From positions 284,941 through 348,940 of the forward strand of contig MU053792.1 of the NCBI GenBank assembly GCA_013239625.1: a stretch of 64,000 nucleotides of DNA, read 5' to 3'. The notes under the pieces are model-generated. The model saw only the letters and a program-made list of their open reading frames with translations. It made no database searches and was not told where the DNA came from. The DNA comes from Lama guanicoe. Taxonomy: Eukaryota. Shown piece by piece: positions 52,633 to 64,000 of the stretch; positions within the stretch are counted from its first letter, which is position 1; each line of letters starts with the position of its first letter. The position numbers and the translations under genes were made by a program.

Positions 52633-52811
52633 ATTTTCTATATTTTCTAAAAGGATAGTGTTGATTTTCCTCTGGTGAACTTTCCACAAAAGGTATGACT
52701 GTGGTAATGAAAGGACAGGGAACTGGAGCTTTATTAAAATTATGAACTAAGTCACGTGGCTGCCTTTGAGCCCACTGGCTAATAGTTGTTTTTATGTACA
52801 TAATATGTGTG

Positions 52812-53672
52812 TGTGATGGAAGAACTCTGTCCCCTCTCCTATGCTTGACCTTCACTTTGACACTATTACCACACTCGTGAACTTTCTGATGTCAGACATG
52901 TGAGGGGTTTTCTCTACCCAGAAAGTCTCTGACCCCAGCTGGGTGTCCTACAATTTAACTCAGTTCTAATACTCTCTACCTGGAGATAGTTTCAAATCCC
53001 ACAGGTTAACAGCTCAGCCCCTTGAGACCGGTCCCCCCCTCCCACTTCAGAAGCCAATCACATGTAGTAGGTTACCCACAACTTCTGTCTGACCTGTGGA
53101 CAAATCAGAGGTTCCCTTGGGTTTAATTAATTTTGCCAGAGTGTCTCAGAAAACTCAGGGAAACACTTGCTTATGTTTGCCATTTTCTTATATGATAAGA
53201 GATTTGACAAAGGATACAGCTGAGCAGCCCAATGAAAAGATACAAACAGCAAGATCTTGGGGAGTCCAGAGCACAGGAGCTTCTGTCCCTGTGGAGATGG
53301 AGTGTGTCACCCTCCCGGTATGTAAACACGTTTGCTAACCTGGATACTCTCTGAACCCTGTACTTTTGGATTTTATGGAGTCTTCATCATTTAGGCTTAG
53401 TTGAATATAAACTCCATTTCCAGCCTTTCTCCCTTCTCAAGAGAAGGAGGGGGTGGGATGGGGTGCCAGTGGGGCTGAAAATTTCAAGCTTCTAATCATG
53501 GTTTCTTCTTTCTAGGGGACAGCCCTCACCCAGGAGCCAACCAGAAGCCCAACCAGAGTCACTTCATTAGAATAAAAGTTATTTGTATCACCCAGGAAAT
53601 CACAAGGGCTTCAGAAGCCCTGTGCCTGAATCGAGGGTAGAGACCAGTATATATTTTTTGTATTATCTAACA
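52812..53672. mobile_element. MER21-type solo LTR
   Basis: TG..CA ends; 'ccagctgggtgtcctacaatttaactcagttct..tacctggagatag..aatcccacaggtta'. Confidence 0.8.
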
Positions 53673-53921
53673 GTATATAAACTTGCTTTTATTGTAATCT
53701 GATTGTGAAATGGGAACCTTCACATAGAACCTTCAGAGAGGTTACCAATATTTACTAAAATAAAAAAAAATAAATAAACAAAAAAGCTACTAATAATTGT
53801 GTACAACAAAATTAGCTCAGGTTACTTACCACAGGATAGATGTGCGTGATGGCTTGGAAAAATTACATATTTAAATGCTTCCAGAGGATTATGGGATTGC
53901 TTTGCACTGGACAAGGAAAGA

Positions 53922-54474
53922 TGTAATAACCAATTTCTAGTTTCTGTATTTAGTGGTGCCTTGTTGACCTTGAAGGGACTGCCCCACACAGGGTTAGCTG
54001 TTTTCTGGAGAGAGCAAAGGACGCATTTGCAAGTGCTCCCTTCATATACAAATCAGTCAGTAAAAACCCACATTCCCAGTCATCTCCTTTGTCAGACTTT
54101 CCCAGAGTTCTTATTCTCTGGGCTGCTACTTCGTCCTAACTTCTCCAGGGCCAGGCATCAGACAGCTAGAGACAGCCCCCATGCTCCAGAGCCCACTGAA
54201 ATTATTTAAACTAGCCAATCTTAAGCTTGCCTGCCCACTGTCTTTGCCCTGCCCATTCCTTCCCAATGGAATGGATCCAGCCCGTACTTTGCTTTGCTCG
54301 CTCAGCCTCCTGACCAGCCTTTGGTGTGCTTACTCATGTGACCCTGAATGGTGTGCTGAATCCTATTTCTAGGGATCTGTAAATATAAAAATCTCCTTTC
54401 TTCATGACAGTCATTTCTAAGTCTATGTATCTTACCATAACTGATTTATGCAAATCATGGGCATCCTTACACCA
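53922..54474 (+). mobile_element. MER74-like ERVL solo LTR
   Basis: 'tgtaataacca..ccttgttgaccttgaagggactgcccc..ccagagcccactgaaattatttaaactagccaatc'; flanks aaaga/aagga. Confidence 0.75.
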
Positions 54475-55589
54475 AAGGAGTTCAGATTTTGTCATTTCAA
54501 ATGCAAAGCTCAGCACAATAAGAAAGAATATGCATTAATGTTGCGTGATAATATTGGTATTGTCTGGGCCTTTTGAAAGTAATCTATCATGAAAGGGAGG
54601 TTGGTAGATTTGACTTAATGATGAGTTTTCATAGACCACATAGCTTTAACTTAGATCTTTAATTTCAGATGTCTTAGTGACAGGGATAGTGTAATTTAAG
54701 GATATAATTTAGGAAATGTATCAAAGCCTACTTCCAAGCAACCCCTTAACTTTTCACTATGACCTTGTAGTCCTTCAGTGCTTCAGCAAAATTGGCATGA
54801 GTGATAAATAGTCTGATTTTCCACGTATCTTATATAAATTGAGGAGTCAAGCCAACGTTATCTAAATCTCTGGCCTAAGGGAACCTCATGACATCTGGAT
54901 AAAAGGAATCATGTTAATACTATTTTCCTATTATTATTTCCCCACAGGAATGCATCTGGTATTTAAAACAATGCCAATCTGTAAGTTAAAATCAGCAAAA
55001 CCTATAGATTATGTACTATTAGAAAAGTCTCACTTATTTTGATTAATAAGAATTTATTTTTTACTTTTGGGTTAAAATAAATTTGACTCTTTTAATACAC
55101 ATTTAAATATTATCTACTACATATAATTGAATTTATATTAGAAAATGCAAGATGAAAACTATCTAAAAGTTATCAACTACGTATCAGTCTAATAGCCATA
55201 GATTCAAATCTATACTATGGTGAATATCAGCTTAACATTTTACTAAAATCACAACATATTAAGGAAGTTTTAGAATATGCTGTAAGACTCATTTTCTTGA
55301 CATTTATTTTCCACTCTTAAAAGAAAAAAAAAGTTGCTATTAGCTCTGTGGTTAAAATAATCACAGTAATTGATTATGCATATTCACCCTTTTATTTGTT
55401 TTTTTATTCATTTCATGAACAATTAAAAGCATTGAAATGATGTAGAGAAACAAAGGCAATTTGGCATTTTCTAATAAAAAAGTTAATAAATAGAACTAAT
55501 TTAGAGGAAAGCCATTCTGCTATAAATTGCTTATAGAAATTTGATTTATTCAAATTAAGGCCTCTACTGATGTCCCTATTAACAAGCCA

Positions 55590-55940
55590 TTAATTCACTC
55601 ATTCCATCAGCTAACATTTCCTGAGTGACTACTGTATGCTAAACACCCAGGAAGAAAGATGAATCTAACAAGATTGCTGCCCTGCAGATATTCACTCCCC
55701 AGAGCAATGATAGGTACCGGAGCAAAAGGAGTTGCATTATTACTTGACAGGCAGTCACACAGTTATAATTGGAATACAAGGAAATTGGAATAAAAAAGAG
55801 AACAAATAATTGTCTGGGGAAAATGGGAACATTATTTGAGAGCTAAGTAGAAAGGAATTTGATAGTGCAAAAGGAAAAGAGGGTCAAATTAAGTTAAAAG
55901 AATGAAATGGTAAAGCCACAATGGTATAGAAAAGCAATGG
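55590..55940 (-). mobile_element. L2 3' end
   Basis: 'attcactcattcc..aacatttcctgagtgactactgtatgcta..gctgccctgcagatattcactc'. Confidence 0.65.
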
Positions 55941-56329
55941 CTTGTGAGACCACCCCATTTATCCTATAAGCAGAAGCACAAACAATAAAATTAAGCCTTT
56001 GTGTTCGCCATGCCCATGAAATTCACATCCTGTTCAAACAAACTTAATGCAATAAAGCAAGTTAATTTTGGAGTTGGACTAATACCATCTCAGAAAATAA
56101 TAATAATGATAATGATCATTGGATCATGAAGAAAAAATTCCTGTTAAATACATATGACAATTTGTTTGTGGAATTAAAAGAACCAGATACAGAATGAATT
56201 AAAGGAATTATGTCTGCCTCAAGGACATTTGCTGCTCATGTTTAGATGCCAGCTGCCGTAAAGTCCAAAGATCAAAAATGAAAAATAATGAAAAGTGGCA
56301 ATTCTCACCATATTGTCTCTAGCTAGTTA

Positions 56330-56640
56330 ACGTATGGTCCATTTTACCCAGCATCTTTATTAGAGAGCCAAAAAGGTGTAAATGACACCACACTGGTGAT
56401 ATTCACAGATGACAGCAGATTGGAAACTGTCTCGCTGACACCACTGTTAACTGTGAATTAACAACTGGGGAGACAGAATAGCTTAGAAGTACGGGGAGAC
56501 AAATAAACTGGGAGAAGACATTTAGCTTCAGATAAGAAAAGGAGCAACTGAACAATCTGGAAAGGAAGGAAAAAGAGGCACAGAAACACAGAGAGTGATA
56601 AGGCCAAATTTCATTAATATGCAAAAGCAAGCCATTAAAA
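56330..56640 (+). mobile_element. CR1/L3 reverse-transcriptase remnant
   Basis: 'ctggtgatattcacagatgacagcagattgga' reads LVIFTDDSRL, resembling CR1 LIKFADDTKL; downstream 'ctgaacaatctggaa..aatatgcaaaagcaag' resembles LDRLE..KCK. Confidence 0.45.
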
Positions 56641-59158
56641 AACTCTAGAGTTTCTCCAATACATCCAAATTTCTTATATATATGTATATGAGAGAGACAG
56701 AGGGAATACATATGTGTGTATACACACACACACATACATATAATATATATATGACAGAGAAGAAAGAACATCAAGGAAGTTATAGAATTATGGGCATATG
56801 GAAGGTGATCAAAGGAATTAATTGCCTATGACACAGTGGATAAGAAATATAACATCACTTCCCTGAAGACTTGGGAGGTAAAGGACTCTTTTAACAGCTC
56901 TAAAATCAATACATTGAAATGAATAATGACCAGACATTTGAGGAAAAAATACCCTCAACAGAAGCATGTTTTAAAGGAAAAGGTGGTAAATCTCTCCCTG
57001 GACACTTTTAATCTATCACTGGAAGAGCTTCAGAGTGTACACTGAAAAAACGAAAACTGTCTTTAGAGAAATATCACCAACAAATCTGTAAGCTAATTCG
57101 ATGGAGAATAATTTAGAATTATTAAAATGTAAAGGCAAATGAGATAGCAGAAGCAAGAGACCAGATGAGGAAGCGGCAGCATGTAAGTGGGCACTCAGGA
57201 AACCTTACAAGTCAAAGGCATTGAGACGAACTTAACGGTAATGAAAAGATATTTGGGAAGGTGGAGAGCATTGTTACTGGTACAAGGGCTTGCTTTTTTC
57301 CCCAATGTTTGTTATGTTTTTTTGATTCTTGAGTAACCTAAAGGAAGATCAGTAAACTGGAGGAAAATTGACATATTATGATCCCTGGGAATCCAAAACA
57401 CCATATAAGAAACATGCAGTGGGATGACTTAAACTTTACAGTTAGCTAAAATGTGTATATTCACCAGAAATCCCCTCCTTCAGTCAACAATTCACAATAT
57501 TTTCCTAATTGCAGTCCCTTTTCTGCACAACACAGTAATAATCTATATAGTGGAATTAAATTGAAGTGCATTCATTCTTGTATTATTGAGTAAGAAACAC
57601 ACCTTTCTCCTGGGATGATTTGCATCTTACAATCATCTGTCCATAAACATGGATGCAGCCTTTACTAGAGGTCCTGATCTTTAACTCGTTTTCCCATGAC
57701 CAGCACCAGTAAGTCTTAGCGGAACATGCTAAGCTCTAGAAAAGGGAAGCATTTTAGAGCTGAGTTTCTCTGGAGTAGGTTAGTGGTGCTGAATCTAGAA
57801 CAGTTGGACTTCACATCTTTCCATCCCCATCTCTCCTTAGTCCTTATTAGGCAGCCTGGAAACTGCCATCAGTTCTATGTAAAACCACTCTAGAAGGCAT
57901 TTCAAAAAAAGGAAAAAAGATGAGAAAAGACTGGATTTGTGAATATGTGAACTACACTAGGGAAGACTATTGGCCCAGTTAAGCGTCTTGTAAAGTAGAT
58001 TAGCAGAAAAATGAAAGTGGGGAGGTGGTCATCCTGTAGATGACATCAAAGGTCAGGTTGGGGACTTGATTTTATAGGCTAGGAAAATAATTTACTATTT
58101 CTGAGAAGTAAAGTTATAGAAGAAGGAACGGGCAGCAGGAAGTTTGATCTGGCAGGAATGCATAGGTTGGATTTTTTAGGGAAAACAGAAGAGGAAAAAA
58201 ATAATCAGTTTGGTGGTTGTGTCAAGTAGGCTAGAATTTCTCCAGACTGAGCCATAATATTCTAACAAGCTGAGAGACAGTTACTAGCATGGTTGGGCAT
58301 GGATTTGATCCTGATTTCATGGGGACTGAAGCATATACAAGTTAGAGGTCTTTAAGAAAAAAATACAAAATGTTAAATAAAAAATTATACAACTGAAGGG
58401 ACCTAAAAATCAAGCTTCTGCCTCTGATGGCAGTACTACAAAATCAAAATCTTTCTAAACTATAATTGTTTTAAATAAATTGACATTTTTTTCAGTGTTT
58501 GGGATTTTCTGTTTCAAATTTTTATCCTTCAGGCTTCCAGATGCAGCCAGTTAAATAAATACAGGATAATAATTTTCAGTTACTTTGAATAAATATGCAT
58601 ATTCGTCTGTTAAGAATTTTTACTAGAAGTAAAGGGAATCTGAATTCCTAAGTCATTCATTTTTTTCATTCAACACATTTATTACAGTCTTATGAATTTC
58701 CAGACACTGTTAGACTCTGGTAATATTGTTATGAAAAAACAAAGGAAAAAAATCTAGGATCAATATAGCTTAACTTGGACAATTAAAGTGGAAAGGAGTT
58801 TGCTTATTTTTTTTGAGGTAGTTTTTACGTATTGTGTATGTTCAATATATAAAGAATACTTTATACTATGAGCTTGAATGCTGTATCACTATAATATCAT
58901 GTTATTTCTACTATGAAATACCTTTTGTTTTATAGACCTTATATAACCTTTATCAATAATGGAGTAAAAAAGATTAGGTGCACGATTAACCATATAAAAA
59001 ATTAACAAGAAAGACCTTCAAGATAATATATTTCAATGGAAGAAGCTATACATCAGAAATGGCAGAAGTATAACTTTAAAAATCAAATCACCCCAAACAA
59101 CAGAAAAACAGCATTAGTGATTTAAAATTAAAATCAAAACTACATTTCTTGTCATTAG

Positions 59159-62100
59159 TGGAGTGGCCAAGGTGGTGGGGTAGAAAGACCCTGAGTTCAC
59201 CTCCTCTCACAAGCACACCAAAATCACAACTGTCTGCAGAAAAAAAGATTGGTGATAAAGACTGGAACCTACCAGAAAAGATCATCTCCAACTGAAAACA
59301 TAAAGAAGAAACCACAACCAGAGGGGTAAGAGGGGTGGGGACGCGACACAATCAAATCTCACACCCCCTGGGTGAGTGACCCACAAACTGGATAATAATT
59401 ATATTACAGAGGTTCTCCCACACAAAAGAGAGTTCTGAGCCCCACATCAGACTCCCCAGCCCAGGGGTCCAGCACCAGGAGGACAAGTCCCCAGAGATCT
59501 GGCTTTGAAGGCCAGTGGGGCTTAATTACACAACCCTAGAAAACTGCGGAAATAGAGAGTTTACTCTTAAAGGGGGCACACATAATCTCATGCACACTGG
59601 GACCCAGGGAAAAAGCAGTAATTTCATAGGAACCTGGGCCAGACCTACCTGCTGGTCTAGGAGAGTCTACAGGAGACATGGGGTGGTTGGTGGCTGTGGC
59701 TCACCTTAGGGACTTGGACACTAGATGGAAGACATATTCTGGAATATTCAGTCCCAGGAACACTCTTGGTGACTGCCATCCTGAGTCATAGCACCAAGAC
59801 CTAGTCCCACCCAGCAGCTTGTAGGGGCCAGTGCTGGAGTGCCTGAGGACAAACAACTAATTAAGTGGGACACAGCCTCACCCATCAGCAGACAGGCTGC
59901 CTTAAGACTTCCTGAGTCCACAGGTGCCCCCAGACACACCAGTAGACATGGCTCTACCCACCAGAAGGCCAAGACCCAGCTCCACCCACCAGTGGGCAGG
60001 CACTGGCCCTTCCTGCCAGGAAGCCTGCATGAGCCTCTAGACCAGCCTCACCCACCAGAAGCAAGAAAACTACAATCCCACATTCTGCAGAATGAGTCTT
60101 TCAACACAAGGCCAGACCATATCCTGGGACCAGCTGGACCCTGGCCTTGCACACTAGCGGGTCAATACGACCTTCAGGACATACCAGACCCCATATCCAA
60201 TTGCATCAGGAACTGGCCTTCCCCACCAATGACCTGAAATGAGCTCTGGTATCCCTGGACCCTACAGACAGGCTCCAGGAACCAGCTCTTCCCACCAGTA
60301 GTCTGGCACTAACCCCAGGATCTAACTTCACCTGCCAGTGAGTGAAAAACAGCCCCGGTGTATTTGGGACCTTGACTCCACCCAACAGTGAGTCAATACT
60401 AGCCTGGGGCCTCTTAGGATTCTGAAACCAGCCACGTCTTGACCAGGCCCCACTAAGCAGCAGCCAGCAAGCATCTGCACAAGGAAAGTCCTGGTAACCA
60501 ACCAGACTAAGGGCCAAGCAAGCCTACCAGCCCACCCACACAGTTATCCTGCCACAACAGGAGGACACACAAAGCTCCCTTAGGGGAGCCTCTAGAGATG
60601 TAGCTTGGGTGATGAGAGGGGAGTGAACTGCTGGGACACACAGGACATCTCCTATGGAAGGCCACATCTCCAAGGTTGAGAAATGCAACCTACCACAAAC
60701 ATAAAAATAAAAATAGTAACTTAGGCAACGTGAGGCAACAGAGGAATATATTTCAGATGAAGGAACAAAATAGAACCTCAGAAGAAGAATTAAATGAAGT
60801 GGAGATAGGTGATCTACCTGAGAAAGAGTACAGAGTAATGATCATAAAGATGACTGAAGAACTCAGGAGGAAAATAGATATAGAGTGAGAATTTAGAAGG
60901 TTTTAACAGAGTTAGTAAATATAAGTAACTTCCAAACAGAGATGAAAAATACAACATCTGTAATAAAAAAACTACACTAGAAGGAAACAATGAAGGACCA
61001 AATGGCACAGAAAAATGGATTAGTGAGCTTGAAAACAGAGTAATGGAAATCACTGCTGCTGAACAGAAGAAAAAAAAACAGAATGAAAAGAAACGAGGAG
61101 AGTTTAAGAGAACTCTGGGACAATATCAAGCACACTAATATTCATATTATAGGTATCCCAAAAGGAGAAGAGAGAGAAAGGTTCTGAGAAAATATTTAAA
61201 GAGATTAATAGCTGAAAACTACCATAATCTGGGAAAGGAAACAGTCGCTGAGTCCCATATAAGATTTACTCAAAGAAGAAGCGACCAAGATACATTGTAA
61301 TCAAAACCACAGAAATTAAAGATAGAGAGAGAATATTAAAAGCAGAAAGAAAATAGCAACGAATGAATGACACACAAGGGAGCTACCACGAGGTTATCAG
61401 CTGATTTTTCAGCAGAAACTCTGCAGGCCAGAAGGGAGTGGAACAATATATTAAGAGTGATGAAAGGGAAAAACTGCAACCAAGAGTACTCTAGCCAGCA
61501 AGAGCTTCACAAACAAGCAAAAGCTAAAATCATTCAGCACCACCAAAGAAGCTGTACAACTAGTGTTAATGGAACTTCTCCAGGTGAAAAAGAAAAGCCG
61601 AAACTCAAAACAAACAAACAAGATTAAAAAAAAAGAAAAAAAAGAAGCTCTCCAGTAAATGCAAACATACAGTAAAGATAGGAAATCATCAACATCAAAG
61701 CTAGGGGGACTAAAAACAAAAGTATTAAAAACATTTGTATCCATAGCAAGCAATTAAAGGGTACATAACACAATTAGATGTAAGATATGATATCAAAACA
61801 AGAAATTGTGAGGGGAGGGGAGGAGAGTATAAATGCAGGGTTTTAAAAATGTATTTGAAATTGAGAGATCAGCAACTTAAAACAATTGTATATATATTCA
61901 TTGCTATTTTCTTTCTGCTACATAAAAACCTCATGGTAACTACAAGCCAAGATCTGTAATACATATACACACAAGAAAGAAAGAGGAATACAAACATCAC
62001 ACTAATGCTATTCATCAAATCACAAGAGAAGAAAGGGGAAAAAGGACCTACAAAAAACCCAAAACAATTTACAAAATGGAAATAAGATTGTACATATAAA

Positions 62101-63953
62101 TAATTACCTTAAATGTAAATAGACTTAATTTGCCAACCAAAAGATGCAGATTGGCTGGATGAATACAAAACAAAGACCTGTATCCATGCAGTCTACAAGA
62201 GACTCACTTCAGAGCTAGCGACGCATACAGGTTGAAAGTGAGGGGATGGAAAAACATATTCCATGCAAATAGAAATCATGAGGAAACCAGAGTCACAATA
62301 CTTATATCAGACAAAATAGGCTTTAAAATAAAGACCATTGTAAAAGAAAAAGAAGGACATTATATAATCATCAAGGGATCAATCCAAGAAGATACAACAA
62401 TTATAAATCAATATGCCCCCGACATAGGAGCACCTCAATTTATAAGGGAAATATTAATAGACATAAAAGGAGAGATTGACTGTAACACAATAATAGTAGG
62501 GGATTTTAACACCCTACTTACAGCAGTGGACAGAGAATTGATAAAGAAATGGAGACCTTAAATGGCACATCATACCAAATGTAATTAATTGATATTCATA
62601 GAGCATTCTATCCAAAAGCAGCAGAAAATACATTCTTTTCAAATGCACACGGAACAGTCTCCAGGACAGATCACATGCTAGGCCATAAAACATGCTTAAA
62701 AAGAAGGAACAAAGAAAATTGGAATCATATCAAGCTACTTTTCCGACCACAAATCTGTGAGACTAGAAATCAATCACAAGAAAAATCTGCAAAAATCACA
62801 AACACATAAGGCTCAACAATACGCTACTAAAAAAATAATGGATCACAGAAAAAATCGAAGTGGAAATCAAGAAATACCTAGACACAAATGAAAACAAAAA
62901 CGCAATGATCCAAAACCTACGGGACACAGCAACAGCAGCTTTAAAAGGGAAGTTATAGCCATAAAAGCTTACCTCAGGAAACAAGAAAAGTCCCATATAA
63001 ACAAAATAACCTTACACCTAAAGCAGTTAGAGAAAGAGGAAAAAACAAAACCCCATGTTAGTAGAAAGAAAGAGATCGCAAAGACTAGAGCAGAAATAAA
63101 GACAAAAAACAATAGAAAAGGTTGATGAAACTAAAAGCCAGTTCTTTGAAAAGATAAACAAAATTGATAAACTTTTATTGACATTTATCAAGACAAAAAG
63201 AAAGGATCCAAAAAACTAAAACCATAAATGAGAAAGAAGTTACAACTGAAGTCACAGAAATACAAAGGATTATAAGAGATTACTATGAGCAACCATATAC
63301 CAAAATGGACAACCTAGAAAAAAATGGACAAATTCTCATAAAGGTACAATCACCCAAGACTGAACCAGAAAGACATAGAAAATATAAACAGACTAATCAC
63401 CAGTACTGAAATTGAATCAGTAATTAAAATTCCCAACAAACAGAAGTCCAGGACCAGATGACTTCACAAGTGAATTCTACAGAACATTTAGAAAAGGGAT
63501 AACACCCACCTTTCTGAAAACTATTCCAAAATATTGAAGAGAGAGGAACACTTTCGAACTCATTCTATAAGACCACCATCACCCTGATAGCAAAGCCAGA
63601 CAGATACCACAAGGAAAATTAGAGGCCGATGTCACTGATAAACATAAATACAGAAATCCTAAACAAAATACTAGCAGACCACATTCAACAACTTATTTTA
63701 AAAAATCATACATCATAATCAAGTAAGATTTATCCAGAGGGAAGCAAGAATTTTTCAGTATCCACAAATCAACCAATGTGATATACTCCATTTAATACTT
63801 GAAAAATAAAAACCATGTGACCATCTCACTAGATGCAAGAAAAGCTTTGGATAAAATTCAACATCTATTTATAATAAAAACTCTCCATAAATGGGCATAG
63901 AGGAAACATACTTCAACATAAGAAAGACCATATATGACAAATCCACAGCGAAC
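59159..63953 (+). mobile_element. L1 with intact 5' end: 5'UTR (~59159-60675), decayed ORF1 (~60680-61630) and ORF2 EN/RT (~62075-63953); 3'-truncated
   Basis: ORFs RQQRNIFQMKEQ, RLSADFSAETLQARREW (ORF1) and KVRGWKNIFHAN..EGHYIIIKGSIQ..IIVGDFNT (endonuclease); many stops and frameshifts; similarity stops at 'aatccacagcgaac'. Confidence 0.95.
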
Positions 63954-64000
63954 GCCTCCTTCTTTTCACATGCTGTTCCTTCCCTCTGCCTTGCAGGAGT

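Noticed and set aside
1..64000. CRISPR arrays, tRNA/rRNA genes, operon-like systems, intact retroelement ORFs
   Set aside because: None seen. This is mammalian DNA and all L1/ERV frames are interrupted; the remaining short ORFs in the track are repeat-derived or chance.

Overview
Mammalian (eutherian) AT-rich genomic DNA made largely of decayed transposable elements: L1 of several ages, L2, MIR, CR1/L3, MaLR/ERVL LTRs, an ERVL internal remnant and hAT MITEs. I recognised no Alu, B1/B2, Bov-A/BovB, PRE-1 or Can-SINE, and the young L1 3' tails resemble camelid L1s, so a camelid-like cetartiodactyl is my inference. The one clearly identifiable gene-derived feature is a full-length, dead RAC1 processed pseudogene on the minus strand (~32720-34966), with 5'UTR, intronless CDS, 3'UTR and poly(A) signal. 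Two L1 copies show twin-priming 5' inversions. No intact known protein-coding gene was recognised. The most intriguing unexplained signal is a cluster of minus-strand exon-like segments in unique sequence (~530-11670) with GT-AG boundaries, several of which join in one open frame. It may be an unannotated gene, a unitary pseudogene or a lncRNA; I could not identify it. A weaker plus-strand exon-like chain also exists. Repeat subfamily names come from recalled consensus motifs, not a database search, and most repeat boundaries are approximate.
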